Assembly: GCA_963775425.1 (NCBI GenBank)
Contig: CAVZJB010000003.1
Span: forward strand, 288,001-352,000
Reading direction: 5' to 3'
Length of the DNA stretch: 64,000 bases
Source: an uncultured delta proteobacterium
Lineage (GTDB): Bacteria > Myxococcota > UBA727 > VGSZ01
The position numbers and the translations under genes are program-made. The notes under the pieces are model-generated. The model was not told where the DNA came from. It did not search any database and worked only from the letters and a program-made list of their open reading frames with translations. Shown here in pieces: positions 9,692 to 19,025 of the stretch. The stretch's first letter is position 1; each line of letters begins with the position of its first letter.

Positions 9692-11536
9692 ATGACGAAC
9701 CCATCCCCGCCGACGCCCCCCATCGACTTCCTCGACGGCGCCGGCCGCTTCGTCTTCTTCACCGGCAAAGGCGGCGTCGGAAAGACCTCGCTCGCGTGCG
9801 CGGCGGCCATCTCCGTGGCCGACCACGGCAAGCGGGTCCTGCTCGTCTCCACCGACCCGGCGTCGAACCTCGACGAGATGCTCGGCGAGCAGCTCTCCGA
9901 GCGCCCCACGCCGATCACCGGCGTCCCGCGGCTTTGGGCGATGAACATCGACCCCGACGCCGCCGCCGCCGCGTATCGCGAGCGCGTCATCGCGCCGTAC
10001 CAGGGCGTCTGGTCGGAGCCGGAGATCCACTCCCTGCAGGAGCAGCTCGCCGGCGTCTGCACGACGGAGATCGCCGCGTTCGACGAGCTCGCCCGGCTCC
10101 TCGCCGGCGACGCGGACAGCGACGGCTTCGACCACGTCTTCTTCGACACGGCGCCCACGGGCCACACGCTGCGCCTGTTGAGCCTCCCGCGCGCGTGGAC
10201 CGGCTACCTGAAGTCGACGCCGGAGGGCGCGTCCTGCCTCGGGCCGCACGCGGGGCTGAAGATGCAGGAGGCGCGCTTTGCGGAGTCGCTGGCGGCCCTC
10301 GGCGACGCGGCGCGGACCCGCATCGTCCTCGTCACGCGTCCGGATCGCGCCGCGTTGCGCGAGGCCGCGCGGACCTCCGGGGAGCTCGCCGCGCTGGGCA
10401 TGAAGAACCAGCACCTCGTCGTCAACGCCGTGTTTCGCGCGGCCGACGGCGCCGATCCGGTGGCTGCGGCGCTCGAGGATCGCGGTCGCGCGGCCCTCGA
10501 CGAGATGCCGCCGGCGCTGCGCACGCTGCCCGTCACGCGCCTCCCGTTGCGCGCCTTCAACATGGTCGGGCTCACGGCGCTGCGCGCGCTCCTCGACGAC
10601 AACAAGGCCGCCGCGCTGACGCGCCCGGCGCCGGCGCGGCCCCGGCCGGCGCTGCCCCTCCTGTCGGCGCTCGTCGACGAGATCGCCGCCGCCGGCCACG
10701 GCCTCGTCATGGTGATGGGCAAGGGCGGCGTCGGCAAGACCACCATCGCCTGCGCGGTCGCCGCCGAGCTCGCGTCGCGCGGCCATCGCGTGCACCTGAG
10801 CACCACGGACCCGGCCGCCCACGTGGCGACGACGCTCGCCGGAACGCTCGAGAACCTGAGCATCAGCCGTATCGATCCCGCCGTGGAGACCAAGGCGTAC
10901 GTCGACCGCGTGATGGCCACCCGCGGCGCCGCGCTCGACGACGCCGGACGCGCGCTCCTCGCGGAGGACCTTCGCTCTCCTTGCTACGAGGAGGTCGCCG
11001 TCTTCGCGGCGTTCTCCCGGCTCGTGTCACAGGCGCGCACGAGCTTCGTCGTCGTCGACACCGCGCCGACCGGACACACGCTGCTGCTGCTCGACGCCAC
11101 CGGCAGCTACCATCGCGAGATCATGCGCCACGATTCGCCGTTGCAGCCCGCGCACCTGGTCACGCCGATGATGAAGCTGCGCGATCCGCAATACACCAAG
11201 GTCCTCCTCGTCACGCTCGCCGAGACGACGCCGGTCTCCGAGGGGGCGCGACTCCAGGCGGACCTCCGCAGGGCGCAGATCGATCCCTTCGCCTGGGTGA
11301 TCAACAGCAGCATCGCCGCCGCGGGCTCGACGGACCCATGCCTCGAGCAACGCATCGCCGCGGAGCTCGAGCAGATGGCGGTGGTCCGCGAACAGCACGC
11401 GACGAAGCTCGCCGTGGTGCCCTGGATGACGACGGAGCCCGTGGGGCCCGAGCGGCTCCTCGCGCTCGCGCGCGGCGCGCCCGTGGCGGCCGCCGCCTCC
11501 TCCGCCGTCGAAAACGTCAGCGCGCAGCCAGCGTGA
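9692..11536 (+). CDS. arsA: Arsenical pump-driving ATPase (two NBDs)
   Basis: Two GKGGVGKT P-loops, two DTAPTGHT motifs, metalloid-site Cys in GVCTTE, SCLGP and SPCYEE. Confidence 0.93.
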   Translation: MTNPSPPTPPIDFLDGAGRFVFFTGKGGVGKTSLACAAAISVADHGKRVLLVSTDPASNLDEMLGEQLSERPTPITGVPRLWAMNIDPDAAAAAYRERVIAPYQGVWSEPEIHSLQEQLAGVCTTEIAAFDELARLLAGDADSDGFDHVFFDTAPTGHTLRLLSLPRAWTGYLKSTPEGASCLGPHAGLKMQEARFAESLAALGDAARTRIVLVTRPDRAALREAARTSGELAALGMKNQHLVVNAVFRAADGADPVAAALEDRGRAALDEMPPALRTLPVTRLPLRAFNMVGLTALRALLDDNKAAALTRPAPARPRPALPLLSALVDEIAAAGHGLVMVMGKGGVGKTTIACAVAAELASRGHRVHLSTTDPAAHVATTLAGTLENLSISRIDPAVETKAYVDRVMATRGAALDDAGRALLAEDLRSPCYEEVAVFAAFSRLVSQARTSFVVVDTAPTGHTLLLLDATGSYHREIMRHDSPLQPAHLVTPMMKLRDPQYTKVLLVTLAETTPVSEGARLQADLRRAQIDPFAWVINSSIAAAGSTDPCLEQRIAAELEQMAVVREQHATKLAVVPWMTTEPVGPERLLALARGAPVAAAASSAVENVSAQPA

Positions 11537-14500
11537 CGACGAGCTTTCGCTTGCGCCCCTGGCGCTCGACGACGACGGCGACCTTGTCGCCGGGCGCGTG
11601 CGCCTTGAGCAGGTCGCTGTAGCTCCGCAGGTCGGTGACGGGCTTGTCGTCGAAGCGCACGAGCACGTCGCCCTTCTTCAGCCCGAGCTGCTCCGCGGGC
11701 GAGCCGGGGACCACGCCGTCGACGCGCACGCCGGGGCCGGCGAAGGTCATGTCCGGCACGGTGCCGAGGGAAGCCTTGCGCACGCCCCCGGGCGTCGCGG
11801 CTCCGCCCGCCGTCGCCCCACCCGCGGCCCCCGCCTTCGCCGCGGCCGCCACCGCCCCGGAGAGGTGGAGCGGGTCGGTGCGGTCCGCGAGGTACGCCAC
11901 CGCTTCGCGCGCGACGACGGCCGTGTCGACGAGGCTGTTGCCCTCGACCTTGTCGGGCGTGTCGCTCGGTCGGTGGTAGTCGGTGTTCGGGCCCGAGAAG
12001 AGCTGGACGGCGGGCACGCCCGCATCGAGGAACGCCTTCTGATCGGACGCGCCCCCGCCCTGCGGCGCGAGCTGCGTGGCGACGCCGGTGGTGAAGCCGA
12101 CGCCCATGAAGATGTGCACCCACTCCGACGCGCTGTCGCCGTCGAGGACGAGGAGCGGCTTGTCGCCGCGCCGACCGACGGTGTCCATGTTGACCATCGC
12201 GAACGGCCGTCGCCCCGCGGCGACCTCGTCCTTCACCCACGCGCGCGAGCCCGTGAGCCCCACCTCCTCCCCGGTGAACGCCGCCAGCTCCACCGTACGC
12301 GCAAACGGCCCCGCCTTCTTCAGCGCGCGCGCGACCTCGAGGAGCACGGCCACGCCGGACGCGTTGTCGTCGGCGCCGGGGTAGACCTTGCCCCTCTTCT
12401 TGCCGAGGTGGTCGACGTGCGCGCCGAGGACCACGGGCGCGAGCGCGGCGTTCTTGCCCGGCAGCGTCGCCACCACCGCGCAGACCGGCGTGCAGGCGGG
12501 CCTGGCCGAGAGCCCCGCGTCGGCGAAGCCGCGCTCCACGAGGGCGAGCGCCGCGTCGAGGTCCTTGGTGCCGTTGCCGCGGCCGTTCATCGCGGAGAGC
12601 TTCTTCACCACGTCGACCATTCGATCGGGATCGAACGGCGGCGGCAGCTTGGCCAACGGGCCCGGCGCCTTCAGCGCCAGCGCGGGCCGCTCGTTGCCGA
12701 GGAACACCGTGAGCGGCGACGCGTCCGGCTCCCACTCGCCCTTGATGCGGTTGTCGACGCCGTCGCCGACGAACGCGAGGTAGCCGTACTTGCCGTAGTG
12801 CGGGAGCTTGCGCGCGAGCAGGTCGATGGCCTTGGCGGTGTGCGCGCCCACGAAGGCCATGCCCTCCGCGCTGTTCACGGGGTCGGCGAGGGCGAACGCC
12901 ACGCTCGTCTTTCCCGGATCGGTGCGCTCGTTCTTCACGCGATCGAAGGTCCACGGCCCCGGCGCGAGGAAGCCGACGTCGTCGAAGTGGGCACCGAAGC
13001 GCGCCGACGACACCACCGCCGCCGCGCGCAGGTCGTTCCCGTACCCGAGCACCCACACCGCGGCGTCTGTTGGCAGGCGCGGCAGCTTCTTGTCGTCGAC
13101 CGAGCTGCACTTCGCGTCGTCGCCGCAGACAGCGGCGGCAAAGCGCTGCCACGCCGCCCGCTCCTCAACCGATGCCAGCGTGGGCATCACGAACACCGTG
13201 CGCGTGGAGCCGAGCGTGCGCGACAGGGACGGCGCGGTCTCGCCGGGGAGGAGCTCGCGGAACACGTCGACGAAGGGATCGATGTCGACGCGCGCGGCCT
13301 TGGCCGGGAGCGCGATGACGGCGTGCGCGGTCTTTTCCCGCATGGGGACCACCGCGGAGACGGCGCGGCCGTCGACGGTGGTGACGACGACGGGCACGTC
13401 CACCGGGAAGGGCGCTTCCTCCTGCGTCTGCTGGAGCGTGACCGCGAGCGTGCGCTTGCCGTGGCGATCCGTCTTTTCGCGCACGTCGGTCCAGCGGATG
13501 CGCGGCGCGCCCGTGCGGTTCACCCACGCGTCGAAGAAGCCGCGGAGGTCTTCCTTGGTGGAAGGCTGAAACGCCTCACGCACGTCGTCGAAGTCGGCGC
13601 GCGCGAAGCGGTGGTCCTTCCACAGGCGCTTGAGCCCCGCCTTGAAGCCCTCGTCGCCGAGCTTCCTGCGCAGCATGTGCACGACCATGAGCCACTTGCC
13701 GTAGCCCACGGCCTCCGACGCCGCCGAGAAGCGCGACTCGAACTGCGAGAGCGGGAAGTCCTTCTTTGGGTCCACCGAGACGAAGTCCTGGTAACGCTGC
13801 AGCGTGGTGCGCCGGTAGGAGACGCCGCGGCCGTTCTGCTCGGCGTCGAGGTGGTCGGCGAGGTACGCGGTGAGACCCTCGCTCCAGTTGCCGTGCGCCT
13901 TGTCGACGAACACGCCGTTGCCCCACCAGTTGTGCAGAAGCTCGTGTGGCCACGACGTGTGCAGGATGAACGGGAACCGCACCACCTGCGGCCCGAGCAG
14001 CGTGAAGCTCGGCATGCCGTAGCCCGTCTCCCAGAAGTTCTCGACGAGGGCGAACTTGCCGTAGGGGTAGGGGCCGATGAGGTCGCGGTAGAGCGCGAGG
14101 TACTGCCCCGTGACCTCGAGGTAGCGCTGCGCGAGCGCCGGGTCGTCCTCGCGGAGCCAGATGAGGACGTCGACGCCGAGCTTTCGCTCCTTGGTCTCTT
14201 TGAAGGGGCCTGCGACGAGGTGGATGTCGTCGGCGGGCGTGGTGGAGATCCAGGCGTCCTTGCCCGCGCCGTCGCCCTCGGACAGCGCGCGCCAGCCCGC
14301 CGGCATGCCGGTGACCTTCACCTTGGACGTGACGAGCTCGTCGGCGATGTGCGGATACCAGAGCGCGTCCCCGCTCAGGTACGCGCCTGCGTCGGCGAGG
14401 GTGCCCGGCGTCTCCGCGAAGGACCGCTGGTGCTCGGTGGCCACCTGCGCCGGCGCGTGGACGATGACCCCGCCGTAGTGGACCACGAGCTTCTTTTGCG

Positions 14501-14753
14501 GCTTGTCGAACGTGACGGAGATCTTCTCCGCCGGCACCGCGCCGCCGGGGGGCAGGGGGCTCACCGCGACCTTGCCCCCGTCGACGGTGGGCGACAGGCC
14601 GGCGTGCAACACGAGGTTGACGCTCGCTTGTTCACTGCCGAGGGTCATGGTGTCGACCACGTCGATGCGGTGCTTTTGGACGTCGAGGGTGACGGAGAGG
14701 TCGTGGTCGACGACGGGGGCGGCGACGGCGAGGAGCGCAGCGAGACCAAGCAT
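11517..14753 (-). CDS. Secreted multidomain peptidase: M1 aminopeptidase + M28 peptidase + PDZ
   Basis: GYGMP and HELLH..WSEG (M1); GAHVD, GADDNASG, GEE, SD, YH (M28); LGTVPD..GSPAEQLGLKKGD (PDZ). Confidence 0.88.
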   Translation of the reverse strand: MLGLAALLAVAAPVVDHDLSVTLDVQKHRIDVVDTMTLGSEQASVNLVLHAGLSPTVDGGKVAVSPLPPGGAVPAEKISVTFDKPQKKLVVHYGGVIVHAPAQVATEHQRSFAETPGTLADAGAYLSGDALWYPHIADELVTSKVKVTGMPAGWRALSEGDGAGKDAWISTTPADDIHLVAGPFKETKERKLGVDVLIWLREDDPALAQRYLEVTGQYLALYRDLIGPYPYGKFALVENFWETGYGMPSFTLLGPQVVRFPFILHTSWPHELLHNWWGNGVFVDKAHGNWSEGLTAYLADHLDAEQNGRGVSYRRTTLQRYQDFVSVDPKKDFPLSQFESRFSAASEAVGYGKWLMVVHMLRRKLGDEGFKAGLKRLWKDHRFARADFDDVREAFQPSTKEDLRGFFDAWVNRTGAPRIRWTDVREKTDRHGKRTLAVTLQQTQEEAPFPVDVPVVVTTVDGRAVSAVVPMREKTAHAVIALPAKAARVDIDPFVDVFRELLPGETAPSLSRTLGSTRTVFVMPTLASVEERAAWQRFAAAVCGDDAKCSSVDDKKLPRLPTDAAVWVLGYGNDLRAAAVVSSARFGAHFDDVGFLAPGPWTFDRVKNERTDPGKTSVAFALADPVNSAEGMAFVGAHTAKAIDLLARKLPHYGKYGYLAFVGDGVDNRIKGEWEPDASPLTVFLGNERPALALKAPGPLAKLPPPFDPDRMVDVVKKLSAMNGRGNGTKDLDAALALVERGFADAGLSARPACTPVCAVVATLPGKNAALAPVVLGAHVDHLGKKRGKVYPGADDNASGVAVLLEVARALKKAGPFARTVELAAFTGEEVGLTGSRAWVKDEVAAGRRPFAMVNMDTVGRRGDKPLLVLDGDSASEWVHIFMGVGFTTGVATQLAPQGGGASDQKAFLDAGVPAVQLFSGPNTDYHRPSDTPDKVEGNSLVDTAVVAREAVAYLADRTDPLHLSGAVAAAAKAGAAGGATAGGAATPGGVRKASLGTVPDMTFAGPGVRVDGVVPGSPAEQLGLKKGDVLVRFDDKPVTDLRSYSDLLKAHAPGDKVAVVVERQGRKRKLVVTLAAR

Positions 14754-14881
14754 GGCCGGACCTTATCGCGCGCCCGGCGAAAGGATCACGCCGGAGCGCG
14801 GGGGCTCGTCTCCCGCCGAGGGTTCGGCCGCCCCGCCGTCGGCATTGGCAGGGCCCGCCCTTGCCGCTTAGGCTGCGCGCC

Positions 14882-17239
14882 GTGCGCGTCGCCGTCGCCC
14901 CCGTTCACCTCGTCCTCGTGGTCGCGCTCGCCGCCGCTGCGCCGGCGGTGCGCGCGCAGGACGCGGGGCCGCCGCCGCCGCCCCCCGCAGAAAACCCCGC
15001 CGTCGACGAGCCGGCGGAGCTCCCCTCCGAGGCGCCCACCGCGCCCGCGGGCGGCGTGGGCGACGTCGGACAGGTCGCGCGCGTTCTCGAGGGCGTGGAA
15101 TTCAAAGGCCGCGTGTACTTCCGCGAGGAGACCCTCAAGTCGTTCATGCTCCACCCGCTGCCCGGCCCGCTGGACGAGGAGCTGCTGCGCGCCGACGCCG
15201 GCCGCATGGCGCAGCGCTACCACGACCGCGGCTACCTGAAGGCCACGGTGGCCGTGGAGGTGACGCCGGGGACGCCGCCCAAGGGCGCGAGGGCGGTGTT
15301 CACCATCCACGCCGGTGAGCGCGCCGAGCTGCAGAAGGTCCACGTGGTGGGCAACGTCAACGTCGATGAGGCCGCGCTCAAGGAGGGCTTCTTCTCGCGG
15401 CCGCCCGAGCCGCTCGGCGTCCTCACCCGCGCCGGCTTCTTCCATCGGCCCTACCTCGACCAGGACGCCCAGCGCCTCGTGGCCAACTACTACAAGCGCG
15501 GCTACCTCGAGGCGCGCGTGCTCGACACCCGCGTGGAGGCCAACCCCACGCTCGACGGGCTGGACGTCACGCTCCGCGTCGTCGAGGGGCCGGTCTACGA
15601 GCTCGGCGGGCTCCACTTCGTCGGCGAGCTGCCCAAGGACGCCGACCTCCCGGCCATGCGCGCGCAGATCAGCATCAGGGACGGCGATGTCTGTGACCTC
15701 GTCTCCATCCAGCAGCAGGCGGACAGCCTGTTGAACCCGCTGCGCGAGGAGGGCTACCCGTTCGCGCGCTTCGAGCAGTCGGTGCAGGTGGTGCCGCCGC
15801 CGTCGCACGACCCGGAGCATCGCGCGGTGGCGCTGACGCTCAAGTTCGTGCGTGGGCCCAAGCCCGTGGTGCGCAGCGTGATCATCGCCGGGAACAAGGG
15901 AACGGCGGAGCACGTCATCCGCCGCGACGTCGCGATCAAGGAGGGAAAGCCCTACGACTACGCCGCGGTCAAGGAGACCGAGCGCAACCTCATGGGCACC
16001 GGCTTCTTCCAGCGCGTGCAAGCGCGGGCCATCCCCACCGGGGACCCGCAGGTGGTCGACATGGAGGTCGACGTCGTCGAGCAGCAGACGTGGCTCGCGT
16101 CCATCGCGCCCGCGTTCGACACCACCGCCGGCGGCGAGGGCCTCATCGGCGTCGGCATCCTCGCGGACAGGAACTTCCTCGGCACCGGCATCTACGTGTC
16201 GACGTTCGCGCGGTTGTCGTCACGAAAGCAGACCTTCGATCTCACGGCCAGCGATCCGCGCTTCCTCGACTCGCACGTGGTGCTGACCGGGGAGCTGCAC
16301 CGCCGCGAGATCAGCTACCTCGCGTTCCGCACGCGCTCCGAGGTCGGGGGCGGCCTGCGCACCAGCGTCCCCGTCGGCGGCGGGTTCTACGTCGGCGGCG
16401 GCCTCGGCGCCGAGTACGGCGGCGTGGTCCTGTACAGCAAGAAGGCCGGCGATCCCTTCGACGGCCCGCGCATCGTCCCCTCGGAGCTGTTCCCCACGGG
16501 CGTGCTTCGGAACCCGCTGTCGGTGTCGCTGGCGTGGGATCACAGGGACAACATCCTGCTGCCGAGGAACGGGGCGTACGCCAGCCTGTCGTCGACGTAC
16601 GCGGGGCCGTTCACGCTCAGCGGCGTGGACTTCCTCGACAGCGGCGCGCAGCTCAAGCTCTTCTGGACGCCGCTGTTCAACATCACGCTCAAGTCCAACA
16701 CCGACCTCGGCGGCGTGTTCTCGCCACACGGCGGCCGCGTCCCGGTCACCGACCGCTACTTCCTCGGCGGCCTGGGCAGCGTGCGCGGCTACCCGGCCCT
16801 GTCGCTCGGCCCCGTCGAGGCGGTGCCGTGCACGCCGCGGACGTCGGATGCGTCGGCGGTGCGCGACGGGTGCACGCCCGTGAGCTCCCAATCGTCCGCA
16901 ACCGGCGGTGGAACGATCGGGGTCGAGGTCGGCGGCGTCGTGCGCGCGGTCCAGAACCTCGAGGTGGAGTTCCCGCTGTGGCCCCAGACGCCGTTTCGCG
17001 GCTTCCTCTTCCTCGACGCCGGCAACACCTTCAGCGAGAGCGAGCTGTCGCAGGTCTTCGCCGGCAAGAGCATCGGCGCAGGGAGGCAATCCGCGCTCAA
17101 TCTCTACTTCTCCACGGGCTTCGGCTTCCTGATCGAGACCCCGGTGCTGCCCTTCCGCTTCGAGTGGAGCCTGCCGCTGCAGAAGAACACGCAGCTGTCC
17201 GATCTGAGCTTCTTCCTCGGCATCGGCTCCGCGTTCTGA
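14882..17239 (+). CDS. Omp85/BamA-family outer membrane protein with POTRA domains
   Basis: Signal peptide; POTRA signatures (YHDRGYL, YYKRGYLEARV, IAGNKGTAEHVIRRD, GFFQRV); DRNFLGTG barrel start; SVRGY loop-6 motif; FLDAGN; C-terminal Phe. Confidence 0.88.
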   Translation: MRVAVAPVHLVLVVALAAAAPAVRAQDAGPPPPPPAENPAVDEPAELPSEAPTAPAGGVGDVGQVARVLEGVEFKGRVYFREETLKSFMLHPLPGPLDEELLRADAGRMAQRYHDRGYLKATVAVEVTPGTPPKGARAVFTIHAGERAELQKVHVVGNVNVDEAALKEGFFSRPPEPLGVLTRAGFFHRPYLDQDAQRLVANYYKRGYLEARVLDTRVEANPTLDGLDVTLRVVEGPVYELGGLHFVGELPKDADLPAMRAQISIRDGDVCDLVSIQQQADSLLNPLREEGYPFARFEQSVQVVPPPSHDPEHRAVALTLKFVRGPKPVVRSVIIAGNKGTAEHVIRRDVAIKEGKPYDYAAVKETERNLMGTGFFQRVQARAIPTGDPQVVDMEVDVVEQQTWLASIAPAFDTTAGGEGLIGVGILADRNFLGTGIYVSTFARLSSRKQTFDLTASDPRFLDSHVVLTGELHRREISYLAFRTRSEVGGGLRTSVPVGGGFYVGGGLGAEYGGVVLYSKKAGDPFDGPRIVPSELFPTGVLRNPLSVSLAWDHRDNILLPRNGAYASLSSTYAGPFTLSGVDFLDSGAQLKLFWTPLFNITLKSNTDLGGVFSPHGGRVPVTDRYFLGGLGSVRGYPALSLGPVEAVPCTPRTSDASAVRDGCTPVSSQSSATGGGTIGVEVGGVVRAVQNLEVEFPLWPQTPFRGFLFLDAGNTFSESELSQVFAGKSIGAGRQSALNLYFSTGFGFLIETPVLPFRFEWSLPLQKNTQLSDLSFFLGIGSAF

Positions 17240-17267
17240 GACCTTCGCGGCGGGCGTGACGCCGTCG

Positions 17268-17705
17268 TCAGCGCAGCCCGCGAGCGGGCGCGGCTTCGCC
17301 GAGCAAGCGCGCTGCCTCGGCTTCGGCGGCGTAGTCGCGCACCTCGCCGCGGACGAAGACGACCTCGTCGTCGAAGGGCCGGCCCTCCCAGTCGAGCGGC
17401 AGGAAGAAGCCGGCGTCGGGGCCGCCGGTCTCGTCGATCTCGGCGACGAGGCCGTCGAGGTAGTCGACGGCGCGGTCGACGGCGCCGTCGCCGCGCGCGA
17501 ACACGAAGACCTCGTGCGCCTTCCTGTCGTCGCCGAGGCGCGCGCACAGCGCGGCGGCGCCCGGGCCCGCGCGGCCGTCGACGGCCAGCCCCTGCGCCGC
17601 GGCCCGTCCGTGGCGCTCGCGCAGCGCCCCGGCGACGCCGTCGACGAGGGCGCCGTCGAGAGCGTCGGGGGTCTCCCGCGCGAGGTCGGGGGCGCTCCTG
17701 TCCAT
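17268..17705 (-). CDS. Hypothetical protein
   Basis: Fills the gap between the Omp85 gene and the recA-like gene; GC3-rich codons; non-low-complexity segment FFLPLDWEGRPFD. Confidence 0.5.
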   Translation of the reverse strand: MDRSAPDLARETPDALDGALVDGVAGALRERHGRAAAQGLAVDGRAGPGAAALCARLGDDRKAHEVFVFARGDGAVDRAVDYLDGLVAEIDETGGPDAGFFLPLDWEGRPFDDEVVFVRGEVRDYAAEAEAARLLGEAAPARGLR

Positions 17706-17825
17706 CGCCCGGGATCTAATCGAAACGACGCCCGCTCCCAAGGGATCCGCCGCGCCGCCGCCCGCGCGGGCGCACGCGGCCGCACGAGCGGCACGCGAGC
17801 TGCTTCACGGCGGCCGGAGGTCCCC

Positions 17826-18569
17826 ATGGCACCGCTCAGCCGCGCCCTCGAGCGCGCGAACGAGATCTTGCTCAAGGCGTCGCTCACGCTCCTCGGCGAC
17901 GACGGCAGGCCCGCCGCGCCCGAGCGCATCGCCACCGGCGTCGACGAGCTCGACGTCGTCCTCGGCGGGGGCCTCGTGCGGGGCAAGCTCGTCGAGGTCT
18001 TTGGCCCGCCGAGCGGGGGCAAGACCGCCCTGGCCCTGCGCCTGGTCGCGGGTGTCCAACGCGGCGGCGGCACCGCGGCCTTCATCGACGCCGAGGGCAC
18101 GCTCGACCCTCCGCGCGCCGCCGCCGCCGGCGTCGACCTCAGGACGCTCGTGGCCGCGCGACCCGCCGACGGCGAGGAGGCGCTGCAGATGGTGGACGCG
18201 CTCCTGCGCGCCCGGGCCGCCGACCTCGTCGTCGTCGACTCCGTCGCGGCGCTCGTCCCCCGCGCCGAGCTGCTCGCGCCCATGGGCGAGTCACCCGCCG
18301 GCCTCCACGCGCGGCTGATGAGCCAGTCGCTGCGGCGCCTGGTGGCGCAGGCGCAGGCGGCGCGGGCGGTGGTGGTCTTCTTGAACCAGGAGCGCCGCGA
18401 CTTCGGCGACGACGGCAAGGGCTTCACGACGACGACGGGAGGCCAGGCGCTCCACTTCTACGCGGCCTCGCGGCTGTCCGTGAAGCACGCCCACGGCAAG
18501 ATCCTCGTGCAGGTGGCCAAGGACCGCTTCGGCGCCGAGGGCCGGGTGGCCGTGCTCGCCGTCGTCTGA
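17826..18569 (+). CDS. RecA-family ATPase, short paralogue lacking the C-terminal domain (247 aa)
   Basis: GGAGG RBS; TGVDELDVVLGGG (MAW region), GPPSGGKT Walker A, FIDAE, VVVDSVAALVPRAE, ARLMSQSLR, FLNQ, TGGQALHFYAASRL. Confidence 0.85.
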   Translation: MAPLSRALERANEILLKASLTLLGDDGRPAAPERIATGVDELDVVLGGGLVRGKLVEVFGPPSGGKTALALRLVAGVQRGGGTAAFIDAEGTLDPPRAAAAGVDLRTLVAARPADGEEALQMVDALLRARAADLVVVDSVAALVPRAELLAPMGESPAGLHARLMSQSLRRLVAQAQAARAVVVFLNQERRDFGDDGKGFTTTTGGQALHFYAASRLSVKHAHGKILVQVAKDRFGAEGRVAVLAVV

Positions 18570-18572
18570 CGC

Positions 18573-18959
18573 TCAGCCCTTGGTGACGATGATGCGGTCC
18601 GCCTCGAAGCGGACCCGCACCGAGCCGCCCTTCTTCACGCCGAGGGGCGTCAGCGGCAGGCGCAGGAAGGCGCCGCCGGTCTTGATCTGCTGCGCGCGGT
18701 ACTTCCGCTCTTCGCCGATGCCCGGCATCGAGCGCCCGCGGCCGCCGGAGCCGTAGCGCTCGCCCACGTAGTTTTCGAGCGCCTCCACGCTGCGGCCCTG
18801 CTGCTTGAGCTCCCTGAGCGCGCGCCGGATGACCGTCCCGGCGGATTTTCGCCCGGCCACGAGCTTCTCCACGCCGTGGATGCCGTCGAGAAGGTACGCG
18901 ATCTGCACGTCCTTGAACGAGACGACGGTGCGCTTGGCAGAAGCCTTCTTGCTGGCCAT
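18573..18959 (-). CDS. Small basic protein with C-terminal AbrB/MazE-like swapped-hairpin DNA-binding domain
   Basis: C-terminus FLRLPLTPLGVKKGGSVRVRFEADRIIVTK fits the AbrB pattern (xxIP..LGI..GD.V.....+III); Lys/Arg-rich; RBS GAGGA. Confidence 0.6.
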   Translation of the reverse strand: MASKKASAKRTVVSFKDVQIAYLLDGIHGVEKLVAGRKSAGTVIRRALRELKQQGRSVEALENYVGERYGSGGRGRSMPGIGEERKYRAQQIKTGGAFLRLPLTPLGVKKGGSVRVRFEADRIIVTKG

Positions 18960-19025
18960 TTGTTCATCCTCGCTACCAGAAACGGTGGATGAACCGTGAA
19001 TAGCGCTCCGCCATTTTTCATGCAA

